64,000 nt of DNA from Entomortierella parvispora E1425 (GCA_020891255.1 BQFW01000010.1:558001-622000); one strand, 5' to 3'. Shown: positions 11,384-25,634, counted from the first letter of the stretch. Numbers and translations: made by a program. Notes: generated by a model not told the origin, from the sequence alone.

Positions 11384-14300
11384 ATGTCGAGCTCGGCCCC
11401 CACGGTCAAAGATCTGTACAGAGTGCTGACCGCCGACTTTAATGCATCCGTGACCGCAGACAAGGCCAAGGACACAGAAGCACCGCGCGAGACCATCCAG
11501 CACTACTTGGACCGCTTTGTCAAGAGTGTCACTGCCAGCAGTGGGAATTCGCAGACGCCATCGACCCCCTCCAGCGCAAATGCAGCATCACATTCGTCCG
11601 CGTCATTCTTGGCGGGGACCACAGGATCAGGGGGACCAGCCCCGTCCTCTGGGCCTGCAGCGGCTGGACGACGACACGCAAACGAGCTCTGGTACCAGTC
11701 CTTGACCAATAGCGCACACCAGCAACACACCAGCAACCTACCCTTCGCATTCCATCGACTCAGCCGCCAGTCCTCGGTCGTTGCCTCACCCGCAAACTCT
11801 GGACCTTCGTCCTTGAGCGGCTCGGCCACAGGATCGCCTATTCTTTCATCAACTACCGCTACACAGCCACACACCACAGGCAGTGGCAACACTGGCGCAC
11901 CATCATCGCCCTCTGTCCAACCTACGTCAACTTCCTTCAGCATCTCAAGCACGGCACCCAACGCTAATCTTGCAGCACAACGATTTTCAGCACATCTGGT
12001 TGGACTCTATACACAACACGGGCTGGGAGCAGTTCCTATCGCGGCCGTCGCAAGCCGAATGATAATCTACCTGACCCACCTCCTTCCATTTCTGACACCA
12101 CAGTTGGTTATGGCGGACTGGTGGGACCGCCTGCTTGAGCCCTCATTGCAAGGCGAAATCAAACTGGACAAGGACACACTCAAAGCCTGTAGAGAGTTGG
12201 TGACAGAGTGCATGATCAAGGACCCATTACTGGACCCCCAAGGATCAGGATCTGGGTCCTTATTACTGGCAGGAGACGAAGAAGGACAACTGGAGACATC
12301 GTTGGCAATGACGGCGATGCCCATCGCCCAATTTGTGCTGAGAGTATATATCAAAGCGGCACATAAGCTCAACCATCGTCTGGATGATATGGATGCCGCA
12401 TATCTTCAGTCAGCAGGAGATGGACTTCAAGGATCATGGTTGCGTTCAAAAGAGAGACCAAATCCAAGTGCACATCCTGGACCGTTGCTGTCTTTCACAT
12501 CAGCAGCATCCGCATCAACCACGCAAAGCCAGTCATCGGTTCAAAAGGACCTGGAGACGCAACAACGACTCTTCTCTAAAGCAAGAGCGTTAATCCGACG
12601 AAAGAAGGACATTCTTGTAAAGAATCTCGAGACCATCCTTTTTGCTTATGGAGGAGGCGTTGGACGTGTCAAGGACTTTTTCAGTTGCTTATACACGTAC
12701 TTTGTCGGCGCTCGCTATCGTGCAGAGATACTTGGTCTGTTGTGTCAATTTATTCGACGCCAGGTAAGAACTCTAAGATATTGAAATCATTGAAGGCATG
12801 AAGGAGGTTCGCCATGTCTAACCAAGATTACCGTATTCTCACTACTGCAGCGAGTTCATTTGCACCAAATCTTGGCCACACCACTGTTTGACTCTTTGGT
12901 GCTCTCTCTCAAAGTATGTCATACGTATTTCCGCGATAATGCTCATATCTTGATAGATGTCTGATCAAGTCTTCTTTTTTTAGTACGACACATCCCCGCT
13001 CATTGTATCTCTGGGCCTTATGACCTTGATCATGATGATGCCCCGCATCCCGACTGCACTGAACGATAGATTGCCGGAACTATTCGCTGTTCTTGCCCGC
13101 ATTCTTTGCTGGCCACGGTCGCGTCAACAGTTGATGGCCGTGACACAACAGGAGGGCGCAAATTTGACTGGACAGACAATTAAATCCTTTGACGAGTTTG
13201 ATGAAGACAGTGCAAAAGCAACATCAGGGGCGGGCGCTAATCAGGATGAAAAGGCTTCAGGCAGCCCATCATCGAATGGCGAAATCGAATATCAGGACAT
13301 CCCCCTATACCAGCATGGGATTCGTTGGCGCCGTTATGGTACTTGTTCTGTTCGATTTCAAGAGTCATTTTTATCTTGCCAATGATTATGCTCTAATTGC
13401 AGCTTCTCACTTATATTTAGGTCCAGCTGTGCCTGGTGGAACATCTGAAGGGGCGCCAGATCCAACTGCCATCTTCTCCTTTTTATACGGCCTATTCCCC
13501 TGTAATCTTCTCAAATTTTTGAATGCACCACGGATATACTTAGCCCAGTCTCTATCACCTACGGGCTCACCAAAGCTAGGATCTGGACACAATTCAGAGG
13601 ATGGCGAAGGCGCAGATGGAGGTATGGTGTCTCCGAAGGAAGGCAGCGCGGAGCAAAAAGCGCTGTACATTGACGAGGACCTCCTGAAGTCAAGAGTCAA
13701 AACTCTGCTCAAGCGCCATTCGTTACATCCCGCCCTGTTAACACAAACTGCCGAGCAAGAGATCACCGACAAGGCTCGCTGGCAAAAATTAGAACCCATG
13801 GAGATCGTGGCCATGTGTGTTGGTCTTGATATCTGGAGTGCTGGTGGTCTTTCTGGAACTGGCCCTATTTTAAGGTCCATTGAGGAGGACAAACGAGGAG
13901 TGCCTGTGGTAGACAGTGATGATGATGATGATGATGATGACGACCATGTCACGTTTTCTGGAACAGGACATCGATTGCTGGCGCGTTCTACTTCTGTTAA
14001 AGCCTCTGATTCTTCCGATGCGGACGTGCGCCCAGTCAAAAGCTCATCCAATCGACTCACACAAGCGGCTGCTGGCGCTTCTGTCGAGTCGCTTGGATCT
14101 GAGGAGTCTGCAGACTTGACACCCATCGAGATTTTGGCCCAGGAGGACTTTTTTGGACCCAGAGCTGGAGTGGATACAGGGGCGCGACCCTTGCATTCAG
14201 GATCAAGCGCAGGCTTTGCCAGTAGCATTTCCGCGCCTTCGCTGCCAAGGGCACGCGTCCGTTCTAAGGAAGTCAGAATGAGTCAGATTCTCAGGAACTT

Positions 14301-16988
14301 TGCAACATTAAGAGGATTAGACCAAGACGACTATCTTCAAGAAGTGGATCAACGAAAGACTTTTGGGTCCAGCGGAATCACTTCAGGACAGAGACGAGCA
14401 TCGGCACAAAAACAGGCCACCCATGATCTTTACTCCCATCCGGTCGCAGCTACTAGCTCCAGTAGTGTTGACATCGTGACCCCAGATATACCCGCAACAG
14501 AGGAGCAGCAGCTTACCGTGGCGACCACCAGCTCCTCAGAGATGGCTGTGCAAGCAAGCGCTGCAACACTGGAAGCAATTTCGACGATGCACCAAGAGTA
14601 CCGGAAATCTATTGCCCAGTTGGAACGAGAGCTCTTGATGGCCAAGAATGAGCTCAATTTTGAACTTTTCTTGAAACAACAGCACATCCAGCAGATCTCC
14701 AAGGTGCACCAGTCTCATGTATTGGATGCAAGTTTGGAAGCCGAGCGTCAGAACCTTTACAACACTTGCCGATCCTTGAAAGCTCAGTTGCAAGAGACCA
14801 GAGTCCTTTTGGAAAAAGAGAAGGCAGAGTTGACCCAGCGAAAGAACAAGCAGACCCATTGGGACACTGAACTGAAAGCCAAGATGCAGACATTCAGGGA
14901 CGAGCGCAAGCAGCTTCAATTTGAAGTAGAGCGTCTAAAGCAGGACATTAATGATACTCGTCAAGCTCAGGAGACGCAAGAAAGATTGCTCACTGAAGAG
15001 CGAAAAGGGTATAGACATTTGTCTTGGATGGCCATTGCAGACAGTTTTTTAAAAAAAAAAGACATTTTGGTTTGTAAAAAAAAAAAAAAAGAGGCGACTA
15101 ATGATATCATTTCATTTTTTCATGTAGAACTTTTGACCTTCAAAACGAAATCCAGGATCTTTCGCCCAAACTGAAGCGCATGGAGGAATATGAAAAGAGG
15201 ATCGAAGAGCTAACACGACAAATGGTCCTGTGGGAGACGGAACAATCCAAGTCATTGGAAGTCCAACGCCAGATGGATGCTGTTGTAGGCCGGTGGCAAA
15301 ATCTGGAGCTCCTATTGATCTCTGAGAAGGAAGAGTCTCGAGTTTTGCGAAACAAAGTCTCTCAACAGTCACAGATCCTCGACGACTTGCGGATCCAGCT
15401 GGCTATGAGTGAAGGACGCGCACCTGGGGTCATGCCCTCTACACCGACAATTGAATTTCAATCTGAGGACGAGTCTCATAATCACGCTATTGACAATGAA
15501 CGCGACCAGGATGACGGCGTAGATGGGTCTAGAGGAGATGAAGGGGACAATGATGACACAGAGGACGACCATCACTCGAGGCTCGTTAGGAGAGCTTCCT
15601 CTAGATCCAAGGCAACCAGTTTGCGTCGCCGTAGTGGAGACGGCTCGAGACGTCCTTCCGATATAGGTTGGCCTTCGACCTTTAGTCGGTCGAGTAGTAA
15701 TCAAACAGGATTTGAGCAGCAACGTCGGGCCGAAGCGGTCCAGGAGCTCATGATCCGTGAAAAGGAGCGCTGGGATCAAGAGCTTCAGCAGGCACACAAC
15801 AGACTTTCTCGGGAGGCTGTCAGGAACCAACAACTGGAGGATCGTATTCTTGAACTGCAGGGCCAATTGGAGATGGCGCGTGCTATCGACATGAGGAATA
15901 TGCCAGGATTCGGAGGCGGTCATGGTGGTGGACTTGGTCATGGAGGAGGAGGGGGACCAGGAGGTGGTAATGGAGGCATAGGCAACATTGAACATGACCC
16001 CGAGGTCCACATGGAGGGTCCATCTCAACCTGTACACTTTCCCCATGCGCCTAGTGGCAACGATGGCATCATGAGGAGTCACCTGGATCTTCATCACCAT
16101 GACGGCTCGACAGAAGGAGGTGACACTGACGACGGCGGTTCAACAGGGATGATTGGTCGGTACAGTCAGCGACATCGCGATGACGATGAAGATGGGTACT
16201 CGGATCCTAGAATGAGATCCATGGGACAACATCCACACGATCAACAGCCGTTCGAATCGTATCATGGCTCAGAGAACATTCCACCACGGCCGCCCGGCTA
16301 CCCTAGTCAAGTCGGATCCATGTCTTCATCCTCACGTCTTTTTGGAAAGGGAAAGAGCACGAGCAGTAGCAATCTCTCTTCAGTCAAAGGATCAAAATCA
16401 CGGTCAAAGTGGTTACAGACCCCCACGACGCTTGAACGCGCTCAAGCAGACTCCGGTACTTTTGGCGGCATCTTGAACATTGGGCCTAATACCCATCTGG
16501 GTGCAGGATCAGGGACCTACCGCAAAAGCGGCGAATCTTTCTCGACTGTAGGGAGCAGTAGCACGGCCACAAGGGCAACCTCTGGTGGATTGTATCCGCC
16601 CATGACTTATACCCGGAATATGTCTCATCGTTCGGACGGAGGCAGCAGTGATGTAACTACAGCCTCAGACAGCAGTGCCACAGGTCGTCAACGCGTTTTG
16701 CGCGGTCGAGCCATCGCCCGACCTCTTAGTGACAGTGAACTTAGCCATGATTTGGAAGCCAAGGGTCGTGGCGAGGCAGGTGGATCGACTCCAGGAGGCT
16801 CTCGCTCCGGGTCTAGATCGGGATCTGCGGCCTCGGGATCGACGAGTGGCGGAGGCAGCAAGAAAAGCGGTCGCAGCAAAGAGGACAGGGAACATAGGGA
16901 TCGCGAACGGGACAAGATCCGACTGATGGGCACTATGGGTCCACTGGTGGACCCTAGCAAGATGTATCGCAACGTGCGGATGTTCTGA
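11384..16988 (+). CDS. TSC1: Hamartin / tuberous sclerosis 1 homolog
   Basis: Spliced ORFs 11384-12784, 13020-13385, 13189-15174 and 15180-16988 with hamartin motifs (ILGLLCQFIRRQ, RLPELFAVLARILCW, FLYGLFPCNLLKFL, LKRHSLHPAL) and a long C-terminal coiled coil. Confidence 0.85.
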
Positions 16989-17215
16989 TCGGGCGACCGC
17001 AGCCACGTCCTCCTCTTGCAATAAAACAAAAAAAAAAATGCGCCCAAAAAGAAAAAAAAAAAAAGTCACGTGTGGATCACTGCGCTTCTGCGTGTGCTCA
17101 TGGTGAGAGCATTGATGCACGACTCTTTCCTCTTCATTGGTCCCCACTTTTCGACTCGTCATTTCGCAATCAACTCGCCGGGGCTGCCCATTCCATTATC
17201 GTATAAATTCATAAT

Positions 17216-18667
17216 ATGCCAGCGACATCAACCACCAAGCAACGACCCACCCGAGCCGCCGCCACAAAGGCCTCGGTCAAGAAGGAGCCCGCGCCACTTG
17301 TGACGACCACCAACAAGAGAAAGGTATCCGCGGTGGCGGCACCCAAAGCGGCACCTCCAAAAGGAACCCAAAAGGCAACGCCAGCGCGTTCTGTCAAGAA
17401 GAATGGGAAGAACAAGGAAGATTCTGCCGAAAGCGAGGACGAGGACGAGGACGATCCAGAAGACACTGATTTTAAAGAGGATGAGGATGAGGACGACGAC
17501 GACGACGAGGAACCCGAAGACAGTGAAGACGATGCCTTCCAAGACTCTAGCTATTCTCAATCCCGGAAGCGCACTGCAGCAAGTGCTCCCTCCCGATCGA
17601 CCCCTGCCAGCAAAAAGCAAGCCGTCAGCAACACCCGTCTATCCAAAGCAGCCACCAGCAAATCCGCAACGTCCTCTAGCACCGCAAAACCCCAAAAGAC
17701 GGCCAAAGCAGGAACGATTCTGCCTGAACCCACCAAAACCTTTCTAGTCTCACCCTTGAAGATCCCTCACCCCAAGGGTGCACCGTTCCCGGACGCGATT
17801 CAACCCGAGACGCTGGAATTCATTCGCGATTTGAAGCTAAACAATGATCGCGAATACATGATGCTGAATCAGGAGCGGTGCAATGCGGCCAAGAGCGACT
17901 TTATGGATTTTATCCGGATGCTCAAGGAGGGACTTATGGAAGCTGATGGCAATATCATGGATCAGGAGCCCAAGGACTCCATGATGAGGATCTAGTATGT
18001 TTTTTTTTTTTTTTTTTTGACAGAACATTATGCACTTTTTTTTCGTTTTTAGAGCTGACAGATCTATGTTTTTTTCCTGAATAGCCGCGATATTCGTTTC
18101 TCGAACGACAAGAGTCCGTACAAGAAGCAATTTGCATGCTTTTTTTCACGCGGAGGCAAGAAGGTAGGCGATTCATTCTGGCGGGAGACTTTCACGCTGC
18201 CAAGGAATTTTTATTTAACTCTTTCTCTCTACGTACTGCTATTCCAATGTCTTTTGATCTAGTCCATTGCAGCAGGATATTACTTTGCAATCTCTTCTGG
18301 CGGTGAGTCATTTGCTGGATGTGGCGTATGGGACCCATCAGGACCGGCACTTCAACGGATCCGCCAAGGTCTTGTGGATCATTCTGAAAGATTCGAGGAA
18401 ATTTTGTCCACGGATGCCATCAAAAAGATTACCAACGGAAAGACTGGAGTCGATGCTCTCCGGCCAGGATCTTCTCAGCTCAAGACGGGCCCGGCCGGTT
18501 TCCCAAAGGATCACCCGATGATTGAGTATTTAAAGCGGAAATGTTTTGCCCTTGGACGATCGTTCACGGACGAGCAGGTGGTCTCGGAGGGGTTCTTGGA
18601 AGAGCTCTTGCAGATGTTTGATGGCTGCGTGGATTTAGTTCAGATTCTGAACTCTTGGATCGGGTGA
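17216..18667 (+). CDS. DUF2461 (CHP02453) family protein with basic/acidic low-complexity N-terminal extension
   Basis: TLEFIRDLKLNNDREY, RI|YRDIRFSNDKSPYK, GYYFAI..., LKTGPAGFPKDHPMIEYLKRK; two GT..AG introns join in frame. Confidence 0.85.
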
Positions 18668-18825
18668 TGCACGAGCAGAGAGTACTTTTCCTACTTTAAA
18701 CCCTGACCAGAATAAAGTGATGAAAGGAAATGGATTTATTATGCTTCTAAATTGTTTTGTTTTTTTTGTTGGAAACAGCCTATTTCAGATACCGAGAATC
18801 AGTGTTGTTTCGAGAGGGCCCCCTA

Positions 18826-20768
18826 TTAGATGAATTTGGACTTTCCCCAGTCAAGTCTTGGCATGTCATTCAGTTCAAGCAAGGCCCCCAAATATATAGG
18901 ATACCTTGCTTCCAGTGCCTCTAAAGAATCCTTGTCAAAGTTAGCCTTGTAGTGGTTGATCGGGAAGATGTAATAGTCGTCATTGTAATAGGATACCACT
19001 TCTGCGGGGCACCAGTATGCATTAGGACCTTCAATCTTGACATCCAGCACTTCCAGAGTCTCATGACATGCCCAAGGAACCCAACGAAGCACACTGCCCA
19101 GCTTTCTGGCGCGTCGTGCACAGAGGTCAAAGGCACCCTATCTTCAGGATCAATTCTTCCCTCGGGTGGTGGTTTCAAGAATGCCAATCGCAAATCCTGG
19201 ATACGCACAATGCCTTGCTTGAGCACCAACTGTCGCAACTTTGAGAAGTGCTGCACGACATATGCAGTCTTTACAGACGCCACGCGAAGCCATCGTGGGT
19301 GGATATGAGAGATTTTCAAAAATTCCAAGGTGTCCTTGAGAGTTGAAGCGCCTGCGATCAGGACATCAAAGATGGCCTCACTGGCCATTAATGTGTCTTC
19401 AATTTCGAGGATTGTCAGTGGGTACCATAAGGTGACAGTAAGGGGTGAGGAGAGGGAGCCAAGCAAGTCGGGTGTGAACGAGAGTAGCTGTTCTAGTTGA
19501 CTTGGCTCCATTTCCAACCGAATTATAAAGAGTTCTCGCAGGCGATGATGGGAATGAGATCCGGCCAGGTACAAAGACCGACTGAGAGCCACGCTCGCGG
19601 AGTAATCTCTCTCATGGAGACCGCTAGTGGTATCCCGCCATGACAAAGATTCTAAAAGAGGAGCTGCCTCAATCACAGGGAGAATGGAGCGGTTCAAATG
19701 CAATTCAAAGTAGAAATCACTCAAGACAAGTTCTTTGAGCGCAAGCGGTCCCTGAAACATACCTGTTGCCACATCCTGATGTTTTTTTACGCCGTCGACA
19801 AGATCCAGCGGGAAAGTGAGAGTGAAAGGAGAAGAATCGGTGGAAAAGTGCAGAGGCTCCACAGGACAGCCCCAAAGGACTGTCTCCACTAGCCCCTCTC
19901 AAAAACCTCAGCGAGAATCTCGCTGTTGAAAGAAAGTTTTGATTGTGCAACGCCAGACCAATTTGTGCAACCAGGATGGAGTCGAAGTTGTCCAGATCAG
20001 AAAATCGAGGACCGGACAAAGAAGGTTTCGCTGTCCTTGTTTGTGCGACCCACGCGCACTGGAAAGGCGGCGTTTCCAGCCATTCAAGAGCTGCCAGTAA
20101 GGTCACAGAAGGTATTAGCCCACCATTCTTGTCCATATCCATTCGGACCTTGTGTGTCTCCCACACAACAAGTGCTCGGGCGATCGATATGCAGTGCTCT
20201 TTGTAGGTAAAATGTGACAAGGTTAGGCAGGCGGTTCAAGAGATATTCTAAGCCATGTTGCACTGGGCGCAGTTTTTGAATACTGAGCCATCTCAGCTGC
20301 TGCAGTTGACCAACAGCCAAGAACAGTTCCTGGTCCTTGCCGATGGAATTCGCCCACCAAGGAGAGATGCTCCAAAAACGGATTTTGCCGCAGAACCTCG
20401 AAGACGAAATCCTTGTTTCTGGCGTAACTTGGGTGCGTCAAAAAGGGTCAGCAAGGTCAGTTGAGGACCGAGCGAAAAAAGGAGATCGAATCCGAAGCGC
20501 GGCCACTGAAGCTTGCGAATAAGTCCTGCGTTCCGGACGAGGGATTGTTCCAGTGTGAGGATCTCGGTTGGTCCGGACCAGGACAGTCTGTAGGGGAGAC
20601 GTTCTAAGGATCTCCAGAGGTGGGAAGACGCAACGAGGAACCAGGTCCGGTTGACACGACAGACACGCGCGAGGTCAGAGAGCTGAGATGGCGGGCGATG
20701 AGATTGATGACCTCGGGAATGTTCATGGCGTTGCTGACCTTGGCCACTATGGGATGGTTGAGTGACAT
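18826..20768 (-). pseudogene. F-box/RNI-like LRR gene, multiply frameshifted
   Basis: ATG 20768 MSLNHPIVAKVSNAMNIPEVINLIARHL, then in other frames SDLARVCRVNRTWFLVASSHLW, VFEVLRQNPFLEHLSL, QLQQLRWLSI, LKELVLSDF...LESLSW, PWACHETLEVLDV. At least five frame switches with no evident introns. Confidence 0.7.
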
Positions 20769-22169
20769 TTATGAGTCTGTGGTGGTGTAGGTCGAAAGAG
20801 AGGAGAGCACGAGAGGAGAGATGAAGAGACCATGTGACAAGAGAATGCGATTCCATCAGAACAAAGGGGGTTGTTCTGGGTCTGGCAGACTCAGGCTGCA
20901 CTCTGGAGTTGCTGGAGCTTCCCAAAATAAAAAAATAAAAACAGCAACCACCCTCGGTCGTCGGCCGCTGTGTGCGGCTATATACGCAAATTTTGGGGCT
21001 GGCACAAGAGTCGGGCATCTTTGGCTGCAACACGCGAATTCTTCAAAACTGGGCGGCCTCAGGCTCTGGGGGGGCAGGCGCTGCTTCAGGGACTTTTTTT
21101 ATTTCTGTGGGCCAAGAAAGCACTTGAATCTCGGCTGCGACCCAGCCGCGCGGCCCAGGTGTTCTTTTCAAAAGGGTGTAGTGATTTTACTTGACACCTG
21201 TACTTTTAGGTTCAGAGCCTTGTTCGCGGAAGTTGGGGTAGTTTTCTCCTTTGGAGTAATTCATCGTGAATAATTGAAGTTGAAGATCCTCACTTGCCAA
21301 TTGCACCTCCTCTTTACCCCTTGAATCTCAAGTGTGGATGTCGTCGTTCTACAGTCACACGGGCGCAAACATGACCTTGCAGATTGCCAAACGGCACCGC
21401 GATCCCTTCCCTGTGCCACAAGTTCAGCATCATTTACCACCCTTTCCTTCAGGACATGAACATCACGACTCCCAATGTTTTTGTTATCGCAAAGTTGGAT
21501 CTGACACCGGAGTGGATCGCTTGGTTTATGAGGAATCCTCTTCCATGCAGTTCGCTGACCCCATGCTTCAATAGAGTTCTCTGCAAAAGAACAAAGCAAT
21601 TGCATCCCATTATTCACTCCGAGCCGCGGGGCTCAGGACAGACTCTCCCGCTGCAGATATTTCTCCAGTAAGTTCTTGTACGCGAGATCCACCGCATCAC
21701 AATTTTTCCTGAGATTTCTGCAGCTCCTGAAGCGCCAATTTCGCGGAAGACAGCTCCTGCTCGGGAGACGCAATTTTGTCTTGCTCTGCACAGGCGTTTT
21801 TTTGGCGTTGGCGATACAAGGAGCCCCTGCAAGAGCCACACGGTCGTGTTAGAGGTTTGTGAGCGGATGGCGTGTTGGGAAGGACTTGCAGACGGTCATG
21901 GTTCAGTGCGACTTGGTGGGAAAATGGATAGTGTGGTGAATGAAGAATGGGGAGCGAAGAAATGGCAGACGGAGGCCTCCAGAACTTATTTGTGTCCGCT
22001 GATGGTGAGGAGAGGAATTAACGACGTGTGATTGCTTTCTCAGCATGATTCACCAACCTGTGTTGGTCCTCTCTTTTTGACCTTTTTTTTTTTTTTTTTT
22101 GACTGACGGCTTGCTTGCATGTAGTTAGTAGGCACCATTTGGTTCAACTTTCGAATTTATTCTCAAATG

Positions 22170-25100
22170 CTACTGTAGTAGCTTATTCAGGCCCTCGGCA
22201 ATTCTGGGTACGGATTGAAACAACCTCCCCAGCATGGATTTATCAATATACATGACAACATCATCGCCCTCCACTCGACATCCACCTCGATCCGACCTAT
22301 CAGTACTTGAACTCAGGCCTGGCAATACGAAATGAATGCGAAGGGAGCCTTGATGGTCCTTGGTTCGCTGAAGTCCCTGCAATTTGTTAACCAACGTTTG
22401 GTTACTAACGTCTCCTCTTTTGTTGTGGTATGCCAAGGCCCACTTTGTGGATTTTTTGTCCTCTTCAATCGTCTTTGAACTTGACATTGCAGTACTGAGA
22501 AACTTTGCACTGAAAAGTAGGGTCCAGTAATGTCCACTGGGGCGACCATTAATGTATCCAATGTAAACACCATCAGGTCGCATGATATCGGCAGGCTGAA
22601 GAACATATCTCCGGCGTATCGGATCCCCCAGCAAGAAGACGATAACATCCACATCATCTTCATGAGGAACGTTATACAGCTGACTGAACATGTCAGCATT
22701 CCCAAAGGACTCCACTTTGAAAACAGCATCTCGCGTCCATGCCGGTAGAGCTGCTGGAACCAGAGTGTTGCCTCCTGCTAGATGTGAACAAAAACTTCAA
22801 GTTAACCAATTAACGAAAATACACAGTATGAATAGCATGAATAGTATGATTTGGAAATCATCAAATGCGATACCTTGATGTGTCATGCTCAGTATTTGGC
22901 TGCCATCGTAAAAAATATGAATAAGGTCGGAGACACTCATGCCGTTGTAGTCCAATAGTCTGGACATGATAAGATATTCCCATGCTTTGCCTTTTGAAGT
23001 GTCGAGCGCCTTGGTGGATACAGCCAGTTTGCCGAACAGGTTATCAATGAGCGTTTCACTAGGTTTGAAGTAAAAGGGGCTAAGCGCTGAAACGACTGTC
23101 CTGACCGCCAAGAGTTCGTCGACCTTGATAAATAATCCGTTTGGTGAAGACGCCACAAAGGCAATACCACAATTTACGAGGCGCGTCCTAACATCATCAA
23201 CTTGCCCTAGACGAGTAGAGCCCCCAAAAAATCTGGATACCAAACTGGCAGTGAGTCTTCCATAGTCCGTAAAACGGAATGCAATAGGAATAACAATAAC
23301 TAATGCAGCTCATACCGGCATGAAAGAAAGAGGTCCTCCAAAATGCTTTTCATTAAACTGTCCATCGGATCCTCGGAGAGGATGTATTTTTCAGCCAAAT
23401 CTTGGAGACGGGTTTTCAATCGCCCTTCAACTGCCCTTAGAGTTGTTGAAACTGCCTTTTCCAATATCCACTGCTTCGTTTGAGACTCTCCATGGTTGTT
23501 CTCTGCTTGCACAATCTCCAGCAACAACCGAGAAGCTAGACGAGGACGGCCGGCAAGGTAATCCCACTCCTCGATCGCCGTGAAGTCACAGTCCGAGAAG
23601 TCTAAGTACTTCTGTATATAAGCTTCGACCTCAGCTATCGACAGCGGTTTATAATCTGAAATGAAGTTAATATCGCTCTTAACTTTGCGACCATGCTGGA
23701 GGGTAAATGAGGTGCCAGCAATAAGCACGGGTATTGGGTATGGAGAGATATGTTCCAACAACGGCGTAAGAATGCCTCTTCCGTGATCCTTGTGGTTCTT
23801 AAATTGTCCATCAAAGAGGTTGCTACCGACAGTGGCTTCGTCGATCGCAATGGCAAACTGGAAATTTGCTACCAAGGTCTAAACACCACAGAAATAATCC
23901 GGTTATTTTGTGTTATATGTATAATAGCATGAAAAAAATTAGTTAGTATTCTTTTCACGATACCTTCAGCCGAGCGTAAGCCTTTTCAAAAAGTACTCTT
24001 AAGGTATCGTAGTCCAACTCGTCTAGACAGTTACTGATCTCTGTGATACTCTGTTGTCCACCGTTCAGTTGAGAGAGTAGATAATCCCTGGGAGTGAGGT
24101 CCTTCTTCTTTTCCAACATCAGTACCAGATGGAAGATTCGAGAAGCGAATTCAAGAGCAATAAGTCGATCAGCCTCTGCCTTGCCGTTCTTTGTAGATAA
24201 TCCGGTCGTTTCCTCCATGTGTTTCATCCTCTGGTATAATCTCATGAAGTTTCGGTCCCCTGTTGGCTCGTCTCCACTGGTCAACGGACATCCCTCGCAG
24301 CATTCAATATACATCAAGAACATGGAACTCTTCTCACGCATTGCTACATCGAAAATAGATCGAGTTTTTCCAGCGCCTGATACCGCGAAAATCACATGCA
24401 ACACGTTAAATCTGCACAGCTTGGCGAGTGTCTCGCCCATGTCGCTAGGCTGCTCGTTGAGGCGTAAATCCACAAAATTTGAACCACTAAATGGCAACTG
24501 GGACCTTGCCTTGCGAAACCGACCTGCTCTATTCTGCAAGTGATGAGGATACAGCTCGGGAATAGTACCAATCGTCACGCTTGAATGAAGCTTTTTGAGC
24601 CAATGCTCCCATGTGTGTCGGACAGGTCTTAGTCGCTTGGATGGCAACTCGTCTAATAAGAGTAAACAGCGATTATATAAATATCATTAAATGTATTGTT
24701 ATAAGCACATCCGCATACAAAGGAATAAACAGATTACTCACTCATCTCCTCGTCTTCTTCGTAGTTTCTTTTCTTGGCTATAGAAGAAAAAAGAAAACAG
24801 GAAGTTGAATTATTGAACATTACAATACCACTGGTGGTAGTCAACTACCTGAAAGAGCCCAGAATTACTTTCCAACGAGATTGATATTGACCAGTAAGCG
24901 CTCGGGTCACGGTGGCCAGGATGCAGAAGTCTTTCTTAAAGAGCTACTTTGCATTCTGGATACCAGCTCAACTCACACGCGGCCATCCAGAAAAACTTGG
25001 GGCATACCTTTGGGTCGCTCAACAATGATGTGGATAGTGTCCTCGGGCAATTCACTGCCTAAGGCTTTGGAGAGCTTGGTAGTCGCCCTGAGTAACTTCT

Positions 25101-25326
25101 TATCCACAGACTCGAGCGTAGGAATGTTGCCAGTGTCAGGAATCTCCACGTGCCAGAGTACTAGGTCGTTGGCTTTGATGTTCGGAAAGGCTTGTGGGTA
25201 CACTTCGAAGATTGCTTCTTTGAGGTCACTGACATCTGCATGTGGGTCTTGAATCCTGACTTTGAAGGGCTGTGACGTGGAGTCACCACTGACGATACAG
25301 AAGAGTGTGAGTGTGTCGGTCGCCAT
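22170..25326 (-). CDS. Crinkler (CRN) family effector-like protein: ubiquitin-like CRN N-terminus, P-loop NTPase, restriction-endonuclease-like C-terminus
   Basis: N-terminus MATDTLTLFCIVSGD...VSDLKEAI...ANDLVLWHVEIP...IHIIVERPK is the CRN header. Walker A VIFAVSGAGKT; Walker B-like FAIAIDEA; C-terminal GKAWE...RPDGV...LLFSAKF. Introns near 23955-23875, 23315-23235 and 22875-22780 join in frame. The junction near 24780-25000 is less certain. Confidence 0.8.
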
Positions 25327-25634
25327 GGAGGAGTGGTTGCAGAGAAAAAAACGGAGTATGCGAATGGGAAATGGGAGGTGGTGTGAAGGAAAGGAGTGCA
25401 ATTTCCCCATTTCGTTTGTTGATGGTAACGCGCTTTCAGAAAGCAGTCGCCGTTCAACCCAGCCATGATCCCCCAAAATTGATCGGCCCTGCCGCGGTTC
25501 ACAAGACCGCCCACCTTTGCCAGCCTTGCTGATTTGACTCTAGCGAGGGCAATCGAAGGACGAGCCCTTGCTAAAGTCAAGGCACGTGCGTGCGGTCAAA
25601 TTATGGCCTGACTTCAGAGTACATGGTGCATGTA

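Noticed and set aside
13407-17162. Several minus-strand ORFs (273, 243 and 165 aa)
   Set aside because: Antisense to TSC1 exons; no recognisable domains.
21261-22130. Short ORFs and an intron-like poly-T/branch/AG tract between the F-box pseudogene and the CRN 3' end
   Set aside because: Possibly a decayed gene, but no family or coherent frame could be supported.
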